NCBI GenBank assembly: GCA_031382045.1
Contig: JANMYL010000118.1
Span: forward strand, 1-54,149
Length of the DNA stretch: 54,149 bases
Source: Akkermansiaceae bacterium
Lineage (GTDB): Bacteria > Verrucomicrobiota > Verrucomicrobiia > Verrucomicrobiales > Akkermansiaceae
Direction: 5' to 3'
Positions within the stretch are counted from its first letter, which is position 1. Every line of letters starts with the position of its first letter. A model generated the notes under the pieces. It was not told the origin of the DNA and made no database searches. It saw only the letters and a list, made by a program, of their open reading frames with translations. The translations under genes were made by a program, and so were the position numbers. This document shows positions 1 to 12,815 of the stretch, in pieces.

Positions 1-30
1 TGGCGGGCGCGTAGCATAGACGTCATAGCT

Positions 31-324
31 TTGCTGATTATGACCGCTACGAACCACTCTATCTTAAAGTCCGACCGCCGAGGTCGACTTCGCTATTCCA
101 AGGACCAGAAGTCCGCCTTGGTGGAAGCCTACCAAACCAGCGGTTTGAGCAGTCCGCGTTTCGCCGCGCTCCACGGCGTGAACTACCAAATCCTCGCCAG
201 TTGGCTCCAGAAGCACAAGCAAACCGCTTGCACTGCGGTCAGCCGACAGACGCCCACACCCCCCTTTTTGCTCGCCACCGTTCGAGTTAAAATGAAAAGC
301 CATTTAGAAGAGCTAGGGCTATAA
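31..324 (+). pseudogene. Chimeric remnant: IS66 TnpA-like HTH N-terminus fused to a type I R-M HsdM-like C-terminal tail
   Basis: DRRGRLRYSKDQKSALVEAYQTSGLSSPRFAALHGVNYQILASW resembles the TnpA HTH. The tail LATVRVKMKSHLEELGL* (271-324) resembles HsdM C-termini. No tnpB/tnpC follow. Confidence 0.55.
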
Positions 325-331
325 AAAATAC

Positions 332-360
332 TTGAAATACTCATTATGATCATTTAAAAT
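332..360 (+). promoter_or_regulatory. sigma70-like promoter of the NTase-HTH pair
   Basis: TTGAAA(332-337)-17 nt-TAAAAT(355-360), 10 nt before ATG 371. Palindromes TCATTATGA and ATGATCAT lie in the spacer. Confidence 0.65.
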
Positions 361-370
361 AAAAATTAAG

Positions 371-967
371 ATGAAAAAGCTAAATGCAAGCCTACTCGAC
401 GAAGCCTTAAACCTCCTCGCCGAGTCCACAGAAGACCACCCGAATCAACACTGGGTGGTCTGCGGAGGCTCGTCGTTGCTGGCACTGGGCTTAGTAAGTC
501 GCACGACTACCCGCGATGTGGACGTGCTGGCCCGCGTCGAGCCAGACGGATTGATCACCGCCAAGCCCCTGCCCGAGTGGCTTGCAAGTGCGGCCGAGCA
601 AGTCAGGAAGCAGCTCGGGCTCATGGAGAATTGGTTCAACACCGGCCCATCCGACGACTCCTTTTTCCGCTTCGGCTTTCCCGAGGGAATGTCCGAGCGC
701 CTCGTTCCCCGGAAGTATGGCCCGAACAAAAACCTACGCATCAGCTTCATCAGTCGCCGGGATCAGGTTTTCTTCAAACTTTACGCCACTGCGGACTCCG
801 ACATGGGCCGGCACTACGAGGATTTGCAGGATCTGCAGCCCACGGCGGAAGAACTGCTCGCCGCCGCCCGCTGGACACGCACACAGGATCCATCGGAAGG
901 ATTCCTATTTGTTCTCGGTGAAGTTCTCAAAGCACTTGGTCATGAACCCCTCATTGCACAACTTTAG
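371..967 (+). CDS. Nucleotidyltransferase, DUF6036/AbiEii-like
   Basis: VVCGGSSL and RTTTRDVD (GG + DxD polbeta-type NTase motifs); KLYA..D..RHYEDL. Confidence 0.8.
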   Translation: MKKLNASLLDEALNLLAESTEDHPNQHWVVCGGSSLLALGLVSRTTTRDVDVLARVEPDGLITAKPLPEWLASAAEQVRKQLGLMENWFNTGPSDDSFFRFGFPEGMSERLVPRKYGPNKNLRISFISRRDQVFFKLYATADSDMGRHYEDLQDLQPTAEELLAAARWTRTQDPSEGFLFVLGEVLKALGHEPLIAQL

Positions 968-1997
968 GGAAAGCCTGCTCCAGCGGCTTCTCGACTTCCT
1001 CTGGCGGCAATGGTCCGCCTTGGGAGTGGCAGGTCATGCCCGCAGCGATGATCCGTGGATGATCGACCCCGAGGCGCTACTTCTCTTCTCCACCCACATC
1101 GCCCGCCACGACAGCCGCTTGTTCGATGAAATTCTCGACTGGCTCCATACCAATGGCTCCTGGATCAACCTCCAACGCCTTGGAACCCTGCACAAGGAAG
1201 AGCGCCTCGGGAATTCCGCCATCCTCGCCGCCATCGCGGATCTTCTCTCCAGAGAATCCGCCCATCTCAAGTGGAAGCTCCTCATGCGTCGGGTAGAAAA
1301 GCCGGACTCTCCGGCCGCAGAGTTGGTTCAGCGGCTCTTCCCCTCCATCCCTATTCTCAAAGAACCCGATCCAGTCTTCCTCAAGCATGGTCTGGAGCGC
1401 GGCGGCATCGAACTCCGGGGCATGAGCCAATCTCCTCGCCCGGACCAGCCTGCCACCTTTCTCTTCAAACTCCGCGCCCTGTTCGGCATGCAGGCCCGTG
1501 CCGAAGTCATGGCCTGGCTGCTAGCTAACGAACAAGGACACCCGGCGGAAATCGCCCGCCAAACCGGTTACTTCCGCGGCTCCATCCAGAACGTCCTCAA
1601 TGATCTAACCGCATCCGGCCACATCGGTTCGATCCGCATCGGCAGGGAAAAATATTTCTCCTTCCTCCGCCACGACGAATGGCGCTTTCTACTCACTTGG
1701 CAGAATGCGGAGACCTTTCCCCAATGGATCAACTGGGCACCGCTCTTCTACGCCATTCAAACTTTCCTCGACACCCTCGGCAAACCCGGGCTCGATCAAA
1801 AATCCGAAAACTTCCAAGCCATTCAACTCCGTGAAGCCCTCGACCAAGCCACTCCCGCACTCGCCCGCGCCGGATTCGCGCAAAACTTCCAAACTTCCCG
1901 AGAACTACGCGGCGCAGAGTTCCTACAATCCATTCTCGCTGACATCGAATCCCTTACCATGGAGATTGAGCCAGTGAAACAGAAACTCTCGCTGTAA
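942..1997 (+). CDS. Uncharacterised winged-HTH protein, likely partner of the NTase (351 aa from ATG 942)
   Basis: Overlaps the NTase stop. HTH-like segment GHPAEIARQTGYFRGSIQNVLNDL. The extension upstream to 582 lies inside the NTase gene and is not credible. Confidence 0.7.
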   Translation: MNPSLHNFRESLLQRLLDFLWRQWSALGVAGHARSDDPWMIDPEALLLFSTHIARHDSRLFDEILDWLHTNGSWINLQRLGTLHKEERLGNSAILAAIADLLSRESAHLKWKLLMRRVEKPDSPAAELVQRLFPSIPILKEPDPVFLKHGLERGGIELRGMSQSPRPDQPATFLFKLRALFGMQARAEVMAWLLANEQGHPAEIARQTGYFRGSIQNVLNDLTASGHIGSIRIGREKYFSFLRHDEWRFLLTWQNAETFPQWINWAPLFYAIQTFLDTLGKPGLDQKSENFQAIQLREALDQATPALARAGFAQNFQTSRELRGAEFLQSILADIESLTMEIEPVKQKLSL

Positions 1998-2153
1998 AAG
2001 AGTTGAGACCGACTGGTCACGCCTACAATCCGATGAGAATCAACATCGGGTCAATTGCCCGTTGGCAAGGAGCCGAAACAGTAACGGTCTGCGGCGATTA
2101 CCTCGTGTTCCGTTGTTTCCCAGTGAACTTGGGCTGTCGCTCGTGGACATTCG

Positions 2154-5051
<2,898 letters not shown>

Positions 5052-5672
5052 TTAAAGGGGGATTTTTCAAGAAGTGGATTTGATCGAATGGGTGAAATGA
5101 TTCCTTAACTCCCCAGGAAAAACGACGATCATCCCCGCCAAAGACGCCATAAATTGTTTTACGAGCTGTTTGAGGTCATCAAGCACTCGCCTATCTAGAT
5201 AGCAGAAAAAGACATATCTGGAGTAATGGCGATATCCATGAGGAAATATCAGTAAGTAAAACGGCGGTGGGAGCGAAATAGAACGCCTGACGAATTTCTC
5301 GCGGCTCCGGACATAGAGGAAAAGTAATGCTAAAGCTTGCAAAACTGAAGCATTGGATCCGTCTGATTATTATAGGAATCTTAATTAGAAATAATGTTCA
5401 TCAAGCAAACCCTCTCCTTTCAAATTAATTTTTCGAGGAGTTTGAGTTCGGTGTAAAGCGGGTCATTCCGTGTTTAATTGACGGAGAAAGTCGCAGTGTT
5501 GTTTAGCTTGAATTACAAGTTAGAGTGATTTGGCATGATCGCGAGGGGATCTGGTTAGCCGCTCGATTCCTCTACAAAGCAGAACATTTGTCACGCACAC
5601 GAATATTAAAACCCCTATTGGTTTTCTCGCTCTAGAAATGGGATGATCAAGACTGGAGACGGCCGGGAAATA

Positions 5673-6404
5673 TTACGGAATTTCGACGGGTTGGATCATT
5701 TTCTGGGTAAAGCGGACGACGACTTGGTATTTTGCGCCGTCGCGGGCGATGCCTAGCAGGGCGCTGCCGCGATTTTCAAGTTTCCAAAGGTGGGTGGGAG
5801 AAAATGAGCCGTCGGTGAGGCTGGCGATCTGAGGAAGAGAGCTTTTTTGGACGGGTTTGCCGTGAAGTGCTCCCAGCAGTTCTTCAAATTCCTTCCAACT
5901 CGGTGCGAGCGTCGACTGATAGGCGGTAGCAGGGAGAAGGTCGGTTTGTAATGTTATTTCCTTCAGCTTGCCGTTTTCCGTCCAATCAAAATAGAGGGAT
6001 GCGCTAAGATTACCGATTTTGCGACGGGTACGGAAAACGCCATTGAGTCCGGAGCGGCCGATAAATGTTTCATCGGCAGTCATCACGACAAATTTACTGG
6101 CTTTGAGTTTGGCTAAGACTGTCTCGCGGGAGTCATTGAATGTGAGGGTGTCGAAAGCAGGAGACTCATTTGAAGCCTCGGTGGTGGCGAGGGTCTGAGT
6201 GGAGTCGATCCATGTGCGGTCGTTGAGGGCGAGTTGGTCACAATCCTTGGTGAGCAGAATATTGATGCTGGTGGTGTCTCGACTCATCAGCTCGCCCTCG
6301 CTGGGGTGCTGGTCGTCGGCGCTTTTCCATTCGCGCGGTGCGGCGTGGAGTGAGAGAGCAGAGTTGATTAATAGGAGTAAGGCAATTTGGCTAGTTAGGA
6401 TCAT
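5673..6404 (-). CDS. Secreted hypothetical protein with a shortened SHD1-like N-terminus
   Basis: Signal peptide followed by APREWKSAD... Confidence 0.65.
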   Translation of the reverse strand: MILTSQIALLLLINSALSLHAAPREWKSADDQHPSEGELMSRDTTSINILLTKDCDQLALNDRTWIDSTQTLATTEASNESPAFDTLTFNDSRETVLAKLKASKFVVMTADETFIGRSGLNGVFRTRRKIGNLSASLYFDWTENGKLKEITLQTDLLPATAYQSTLAPSWKEFEELLGALHGKPVQKSSLPQIASLTDGSFSPTHLWKLENRGSALLGIARDGAKYQVVVRFTQKMIQPVEIP

Positions 6405-6454
6405 GGCAGAGTGGTGGAAGCGACAGACGGAAAGGGTGGAAATACGTTTTGCGC

Positions 6455-7726
6455 TTACTTTTTCTTACTCGAATCTGCCGGTGGGACGGAAATCGGCGGA
6501 GTGGTGGCACTTGTGGGCGGGCGGGCGATCACACCGCCGGGAAGTTCTTGGACGCTACCGGTGGGGGCTCCATCGGCAGGTGGCGGAGTGGCTTTGGTGA
6601 TGAGAGCGGCGTGGTCCTTGAGCAGGGGATCGACGGTGCTTTTCGCAACTTGAAAGGTGATGCCGGCTAGGGCTTTTTCTTTGGTAAGCTTCTCGGTGAG
6701 GATTTTCTGGCGCTCGCTGAAGGCGGTATCTTTGGTTTTGGCATCTTCGGGTTTTTCGCCTTCGGATTTTTTCCGCTCTTTGGGGATCTCGGCGGCGACT
6801 TCTACGGTGAGGAGGAAATTATCGGTGGCTGGCTTGGTGGGCGAGATTTGAATGGTGTAGGTGAAGCCCTCGATAGTTTCTATAATGGCGGTGCGCTTGG
6901 CTTCTGTGTCGATGCGCTCTGAAACTTGGTGAGTCGGGACGATGTCATCGAAGCTAGCATAAGAGAAAAGGCTTTTGAGCGGGCTGGTGACGGCGGTGTC
7001 TGGGACTTCGGTGGCGGCAGCAGCGTCCAGCTTGAACTCCGCATTTTCGTCGTCGCGGGTGAGTTTCCAGTCGATTTCGGACTTGCCGGGTTGGCTGAGG
7101 GTGATGGCATTGATTTTTTCTGGATTGATGAATCCGGAGTCGAGCCAGCGCTTGGCGTCGTCGCTCACGGACGGGAACATTTCGCTTACGGCGTAGAATC
7201 CTGAGTCGTCGGCGTGGTTCCGCACGTAGCGGCCGACGGCGCTGCTGCCGCCCATGGGGGAGGGTGCTGAGTTGCTGTCGATGTTTTTGCCGAGGGAAAC
7301 CTTGGCGATTTCCTTGCCGGCAGCGTCCTTGAAGGTGGCAGTGAGTCCGCGGTCTGCCGGCTTGGTGGCGGTTTCATCCATGCCGAAGCGCGGGGCGAAG
7401 GAGGGGCCGGCTTCCATGCCGAGGGTGATCTTGAGCTCGCCAAGGGTGCGGATGAAGTCGTTGACGAAGGTGTTATTCGCCGGGTAGCCGTCACGCTGGG
7501 TGACACCCCATTTACCGTCCTTTTTACTGAGCGTCACGCTGCCGGTCGCGCCTTGAATTTCGATGCTGGCTGCATCGTTGGCGGGGAATGAATCGAAAAG
7601 CGTTTGGCCTTGGCTGCGCTTAGTCGCGCTGCGGGTGGATTGGTTTTGGCTGACTTTCACGGCAGTCACGGCGGCGCCGAGGGCGATAGCAATGACCCAG
7701 AGGATGGTAACCTGGCGTTTGTTCAT
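6455..7726 (-). CDS. DUF4340-type membrane-anchored protein of the Gld-like ABC operon
   Basis: N-terminal TM helix, LSKKDGKW...YPA motif, last gene of the operon. Confidence 0.75.
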   Translation of the reverse strand: MNKRQVTILWVIAIALGAAVTAVKVSQNQSTRSATKRSQGQTLFDSFPANDAASIEIQGATGSVTLSKKDGKWGVTQRDGYPANNTFVNDFIRTLGELKITLGMEAGPSFAPRFGMDETATKPADRGLTATFKDAAGKEIAKVSLGKNIDSNSAPSPMGGSSAVGRYVRNHADDSGFYAVSEMFPSVSDDAKRWLDSGFINPEKINAITLSQPGKSEIDWKLTRDDENAEFKLDAAAATEVPDTAVTSPLKSLFSYASFDDIVPTHQVSERIDTEAKRTAIIETIEGFTYTIQISPTKPATDNFLLTVEVAAEIPKERKKSEGEKPEDAKTKDTAFSERQKILTEKLTKEKALAGITFQVAKSTVDPLLKDHAALITKATPPPADGAPTGSVQELPGGVIARPPTSATTPPISVPPADSSKKK

Positions 7727-7733
7727 GGCAGAA

Positions 7734-7761
7734 GAAATTTATGATTTGAGATTTAAAAATT
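7734..7761. repeat. Degenerate 7-mer tandem repeat
   Basis: GAAATTT ATGATTT GAGATTT AAAAATT. Confidence 0.5.
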
Positions 7762-9655
7762 AACGAGCGCGGGTGGCGCGGCGGCGTTGGATGAATAGAG
7801 CAAGACCTGCTAGCACTACGAAGGATGGCATGGCGGCTACATTGAGCAGGGTGATCTTGGCAGAGAGTTTATCTTTCTGGCGGCGGAGGTCTTTTTCTTG
7901 CTCGCGGATGAGTTTGGAATACTCGACTTGTTCGCTCCGCAATTTTTTAATTTCCTCCTCTTGCGCAGGCGAGAGATAAAGTTCTGAGCCGCGGGATTTT
8001 TGGGCTTGGAGTTCGCTCAGTTTTTGTTGGGCGGCTTTTTGTTTCGCTTGGAACTCCTCGATTTTGACTCCGACGGTTTTGTTGAAGTCTGACTCCATTT
8101 CTTGGATTACGGTGAATGGGCGGCGGATGGCGGAACGGGAGCGGGAGCCGATTAAATGCTTAGAGCCGGTGGCTTGGTCGAGCAGGTTAAGGAGCAGGGT
8201 GGCATTGCCGTTGGAGGGCGAGGCCATTTGCTGGCCACCGAAGTTTTGGACGTTGTAGGCGAAGCGATCGTAGAAGGCATCGACGTCGCCGATGAGGAAG
8301 ACGTTGCCTGGCGTGATCGCTTCTTTCAGGTAGGTGGGTTTGGCGACATCTTTGGCTTCCGGGGTTTTTGCGTCCTCAGCGGGTTTAGGTTTGCCATCGG
8401 GGAACGCGGTTTTGAAAGTGCCGGATAGATGGGTGATGAGGTCGTAGGCGGTGCCGTTGGATTTAAGGGTGCGGGTGAGCGAGGGATCGAGCTGGGAGGC
8501 TTTCACGGCATCGACAAAACCGGCCTTGGTGGTGGACTTAATGAGTGTATTTGCGGTCACTCCGTCCTTGCCAGTGATGGTGAATGCGCCGGGAAGGAAA
8601 AGGGTGACGGAGCCAAGATCCTTGGTGATGACGTTGTCTTTTTGTGTCATCGAGTCTTTTCCGAGGGTGAGCACGGCGAGACCAAGACGATCGCCGCCGA
8701 GCTTGGTGGCGAGCGCGGGATCTGCCAGAACCAAGCCGGACTCGAACGAGGCTCCCCATGCGGAGAGAAGCGTAGGCAGGGTGGAGGTGGTGGGTGGCGG
8801 CGGTTGCTGACCCATCATTGGGTTAGACTGCGGGGTGCTCATTTGTGCGGCGACGGAGAAGGGATCGAGGCAAGCAACGACGGTGCCGCCGTTGAGAACG
8901 TATTGATCCACTGCAAATTCAGCATCCGGAGTGATGCCGGCGGGGTGAAATAGGAGGAGAACTTTAATTTCCTTCGGGTCGATGACAGTGGATTCCATCG
9001 GCAAATCAACGACGTCGAATGACTGTTTCAATTGTTGATAGATGACCCAGCCCGGAGTGGGCGGTTGACCGGGCATCATGGCAGGTGCGCCTTTCATGTC
9101 GAGTGGGGTCATCAGGCCTATTTTTGGCTTGGTGGGAGTGCTGACCTCGCCGATTGCTTTGGAAATGTGGTATTCCAGCATCGTTTCGTCGCGCGGGTCC
9201 ATGAATGGAATAACGCTGGTTTTATCGAGGCAGGAAATAGCGAGACCGAAGAAAAGGTTCTGATCGTTCATGCGCTGGCCGTTGATGCCGTCTAGGTTGG
9301 CGGAGTCTTCGGCATCGGTGTCGGGCTCGGGATCGAGGTTGTCGATGCGGAGTTTCCCCTTGGAAATGGAGGCGTATTCTTTGAGGAGGTCATCCACGCG
9401 CCGCACGTGGAGCTTGAGTTCCTCGGGCATATAATCGGTGCTGCGGGAGGCGTAGTAACGGATGACTACGGGTGTATCTAGCTCGGTGAGGATGGAGCGG
9501 GTGCCGGATGATAGGGTGTGTACTTTGTTCTCAGTGAAATCCGCGCCGCGGTTGCCGAGCGGAGTTAGCGAGACTAGCCAGTTGGCGAGTAAGGCGATGA
9601 CGACGAGCGCTGCAACTCCGAGGGCTGCGCGAGTGACCGGGTGGTTAATTTTCAT
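7760..9655 (-). CDS. GldG-family ABC-type uncharacterised transport auxiliary protein
   Basis: DFTENKVHTLSSGT, DPEPDTDAE, VDQYVLNGG, coiled coil and C-terminal TM; start at ATG 9655. Confidence 0.85.
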   Translation of the reverse strand: MKINHPVTRAALGVAALVVIALLANWLVSLTPLGNRGADFTENKVHTLSSGTRSILTELDTPVVIRYYASRSTDYMPEELKLHVRRVDDLLKEYASISKGKLRIDNLDPEPDTDAEDSANLDGINGQRMNDQNLFFGLAISCLDKTSVIPFMDPRDETMLEYHISKAIGEVSTPTKPKIGLMTPLDMKGAPAMMPGQPPTPGWVIYQQLKQSFDVVDLPMESTVIDPKEIKVLLLFHPAGITPDAEFAVDQYVLNGGTVVACLDPFSVAAQMSTPQSNPMMGQQPPPPTTSTLPTLLSAWGASFESGLVLADPALATKLGGDRLGLAVLTLGKDSMTQKDNVITKDLGSVTLFLPGAFTITGKDGVTANTLIKSTTKAGFVDAVKASQLDPSLTRTLKSNGTAYDLITHLSGTFKTAFPDGKPKPAEDAKTPEAKDVAKPTYLKEAITPGNVFLIGDVDAFYDRFAYNVQNFGGQQMASPSNGNATLLLNLLDQATGSKHLIGSRSRSAIRRPFTVIQEMESDFNKTVGVKIEEFQAKQKAAQQKLSELQAQKSRGSELYLSPAQEEEIKKLRSEQVEYSKLIREQEKDLRRQKDKLSAKITLLNVAAMPSFVVLAGLALFIQRRRATRAR

Positions 9656-9658
9656 ATA

Positions 9659-9693
9659 GAAATGGTAGATTTGAAATGGGAGTTTTAAAATCA
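9659..9693. repeat. Degenerate 7-mer tandem repeat
   Basis: GAAATGG TAGATTT GAAATGG GAGTTTT AAAATCA. Confidence 0.5.
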
Positions 9694-9694
9694 A

Positions 9695-10426
9695 TCAAGC
9701 GCGCTTGGAGGAGAGAATGGCGCTGGTGCCGAGTAGGCAGACGAAGATGATTGAGCCGAACCAAATGAAGTCTTTCAGGCGGAAGAGGCCGCTGTTGAGT
9801 GAGCTGAAATGGTCCCAGACACCGAAGGCAACGATGCCCTCGAGTATGCCGGGAGAGACGATTTTAGCTAGCTCGCGAGTGACTGGATCATAGCCACACA
9901 GCAAAATTAGCACGCAAATGGCCACTGAGACGATGAGACAAACGACTTGATCGCGAGTGCAGGCAGAGACGAGCATGGTGATGGCAAGGAAAGTGCAGCA
10001 AACTAGGAAACTCCCCAGATAGCCGGAAAAAATTGCACCATTATCGGGATTTCCAAGGTAGTTGGCGGTGAGGACGATGGGGAAGGTGAAGGCGAGCGCT
10101 ATGAGCCAGACGGTGGCAGCGGCAAGAAACTTGCCGATGATGGCGCTCCATGTGGAGACCGGGAATGTGCCTAGCAGTTCGATAGTGCCGGTGCGTTGTT
10201 CGTCGGCCCAGAGTTTCATGCCGACGGCCGGAGCAAGCAGCATGTAAACCCACGGGTGCCAGAAGATGAAAGTCCACTCCAGCGATGAATCACCAACGCG
10301 CATGAATTCGCCGAAGGTGAAGGTAAGGCCGAGCGAAAATAGCAGAAAAATAACGATGATCGCGTAGGCGGTGGGCTGCGAGAAGTAGCTCGAAAGTTCG
10401 CGTTTATAAATGGTGCAGGAAGACAT
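9695..10426 (-). CDS. ABC-2 type permease (GldF-like)
   Basis: KRELSSYFSQP, WADEQRTGTIELL, multiple TM helices. Confidence 0.9.
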   Translation of the reverse strand: MSSCTIYKRELSSYFSQPTAYAIIVIFLLFSLGLTFTFGEFMRVGDSSLEWTFIFWHPWVYMLLAPAVGMKLWADEQRTGTIELLGTFPVSTWSAIIGKFLAAATVWLIALAFTFPIVLTANYLGNPDNGAIFSGYLGSFLVCCTFLAITMLVSACTRDQVVCLIVSVAICVLILLCGYDPVTRELAKIVSPGILEGIVAFGVWDHFSSLNSGLFRLKDFIWFGSIIFVCLLGTSAILSSKRA

Positions 10427-10440
10427 AGGGATTTGGGGTA

Positions 10441-10518
10441 AATGCTGAAAAATTGAGGTGCTGAAAATCTAAAATGCTCGGATAGAGAGACGTTTGTAGC
10501 TTTCAGCTTTTATTTCAG
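10441..10518. repeat. Degenerate 8-mer tandem array with inverted partial copies
   Basis: AATGCTGA AAAATTGA GGTGCTGA AAATCTAA AATGCTCG, then TAGCTTTCAGCTTTTATTTCAG. Confidence 0.45.
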
Positions 10519-11246
10519 GCCGCGGCCTCGGTGTCGCGGGAGGTGACTTTACGAAAGAGGTCGGTAAGAGAGCCGGTTTCGGACTGGGCGAGCAGCTCTG
10601 CGGGCGTGCCGTCGGCGACTATTTTTCCGCGGTCCACGATGACGGCGCGTGTGCAGGCGGCTTCGACTTCTTCCAAAATGTGAGTGGAGAAGAGGATGGC
10701 CTTGGTCTTACCGAGGCGCTTGATGAGTTGGCGGACTTCGAATTTCTGATTAGGGTCGAGGCCATCGGTCGGCTCGTCGAGGATTAGGACTTCCGGATCG
10801 TGAAGCAGCGCTTGGGCGAGGCAGGTACGATGGCGGTAGCCTTTAGAAAGCGTGTCGATAGACTGCTTGGCGACGGTGCCGAGGAAGCATGTGTCGATGG
10901 CACGCTCAACGGCATCGTTTTTCGCGGTGCCCTTAAGCCCGCGGATGGCGGCGCAGAATTTCAGGAAGCCGATGACGGTCATATCATTGTAGAGCGGTGC
11001 GGATTCTGGTAAGTAACCGATCTTGGTTTTCGCTTCACAGGGCTTGTCTGTGATGGAAATTCCGCAGACTTTGGCTTCGCCGGAAGTGGGCGGAATGAAA
11101 CCGGTGATCATGCGCATGGTGGTGGATTTGCCGGCACCGTTGGGTCCCAGAAATCCGAGGACTTCGCCTTTTTTTACCGTGAACGTGAGTTTATCCACGG
11201 CGCGTTTGGTTCCGAATTGTTTGGTCAGATTATCGACTTCGATCAT
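10515..11246 (-). CDS. ABC transporter ATP-binding protein (GldA-like)
   Basis: GPNGAGKST, LSKGY, LILDEPT, H-loop STH. Confidence 0.95.
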   Translation of the reverse strand: MIEVDNLTKQFGTKRAVDKLTFTVKKGEVLGFLGPNGAGKSTTMRMITGFIPPTSGEAKVCGISITDKPCEAKTKIGYLPESAPLYNDMTVIGFLKFCAAIRGLKGTAKNDAVERAIDTCFLGTVAKQSIDTLSKGYRHRTCLAQALLHDPEVLILDEPTDGLDPNQKFEVRQLIKRLGKTKAILFSTHILEEVEAACTRAVIVDRGKIVADGTPAELLAQSETGSLTDLFRKVTSRDTEAAA

Positions 11247-11409
11247 GGGATGAAATGAGGTTGTAAGGGCGATTCTCGTGAAAAGCGGCGTTGCGGTGAC
11301 GGCTTGTTTGAAAAAAGTGTTTTGGAGAAATTTTCAAGCCAATAACGGTTTTTTTCCTGAATCTATCGGTCTTGCATCGGGCGGTTGTGGATGGTTGCAT
11401 AATTAAGAA

Positions 11410-12036
11410 ATGGCCAGTATCCACCTTCCCGAACGCTGCGGCGTGATGCTTTTGCCCAATTGCACGTTATTCCCGCACGGTGGGCTCCCGTTGTATGTCT
11501 TCGAGCCGCGCTATCGGAAAATGTTAGATAATGCGCTCGAGGGAGATTGTTTTTTTGCGGTCGCCCGCCTGCTGGGAGAAGAGGACGGTGAGCCAGCGGA
11601 TTTCGTGGCTCCGGTGGGCACTATCGGTTTGGTCCGTGCGTCCCGAGAACAGGATGATGGCACATCGCAACTGCTGATTCACGGGGTGATGCGGGTGCGT
11701 TTCACTGAGTGGCATGACAGTCATGACTATCCTTTTGCGAACATTGAGCCGGTGATTTCGATCTTCACGCCTGAGAAACAAGCGGCTGCTGCGATGAAGA
11801 CTTTACGCGGAGCCGTGGAGGACGCCGTGCGGCTGCTGCCGGCCGAGGTGCAAAACGGGATTTTTGCCCTTCTCGACCGGGCAGATGAGCCCGCGCTGAT
11901 GACGGACATCATTTGCCAACAGTTCATTCACGAAGCCGACCTGCGGCAAAAGTTGTTGGAAATGGCCTCGGTGGGAGATCGGATTCCTATAATTTGCAAT
12001 TACTTGAGTAAGGCGCGCCTGATGTCCGAGGACTGA
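11410..12036 (+). CDS. LON peptidase substrate-binding domain protein
   Basis: LFPHGGLPLYVFEPRYRKM and VGTIG motifs; no ATPase or protease domain. Confidence 0.9.
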   Translation: MASIHLPERCGVMLLPNCTLFPHGGLPLYVFEPRYRKMLDNALEGDCFFAVARLLGEEDGEPADFVAPVGTIGLVRASREQDDGTSQLLIHGVMRVRFTEWHDSHDYPFANIEPVISIFTPEKQAAAAMKTLRGAVEDAVRLLPAEVQNGIFALLDRADEPALMTDIICQQFIHEADLRQKLLEMASVGDRIPIICNYLSKARLMSED

Positions 12037-12486
12037 GGTTTACTATTCATATTTAAATGCGTCATGATTTGTGAAAACATGGCTGGAAAATCTATTATCA
12101 GTGCATTTTGCTCGAATCTGATAGGCGACAGACGATAGACGAAATGCGTTAGTACATTCCTGCCTGAGTAGTTAAAAAATGACTTTTGTGTCGAAGCGGC
12201 TGATCTTAAGATGACAGGAGGACAAACCTGTGGTCACGCAACTTTGACGAGCAAAGTCGCCAAACCCAGCTTTGCACTTGAAAAAATGCATTCATGCCGG
12301 GTACTGCCAGCATTCCGGCTAATCCATTCTAAGTTTTCAAAGTCTCTATTTGAATTTACTGTGCTGTGACGGTCAATTCACTAGCAAGCAATTCGCGGAT
12401 TGACCAACCTCCCAAAAGCCATTCGGGTTCTCACTCAACGCACGGTAAAGTTTATTTGCTGGGCGGAAAATCATTTGAATTGGAGA

Positions 12487-12815
12487 TGGAATTGCCACCT
12501 TTGTTCGGAATGTTTTCCAGGCGTTTTTTGTTAGGTTTTCAGAATACGGATTGGGCTGCTATTTCAGCAGCTAAAGGAGTTGAGGTAGTTGAGCGATGAG
12601 TGCATTCTCTGCGTGTGTTAGTAACCTTCGATATACTCGAAGATCGCACGTCTCGCGACTTCTTTGCTTACGAAGACTCCCGACTCTGGAAACGCCTCGT
12701 TCTTGAGGGTGGGCCAGCAGCTTTCCATCGCTGCGTTGTCGTAGCAGTTGCCGATGGCGCTCATGGAGGATTGGAGGCCGTAATCGGCGAGTTGTTGGAG
12801 ATACGAATGGTTGGA
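12487..12815 (-). mobile_element. IS3-family remnant: 3' end of OrfB transposase (pseudogene) and probable right end
   Basis: Minus strand reads SMSAIGNCYDNAAMESCWPTLK...ARRAIFEYIEGY*HTQRMHSSLNYL, with an in-frame stop. TGGAATTGCC at 12487 may be the terminal repeat. Confidence 0.85.
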
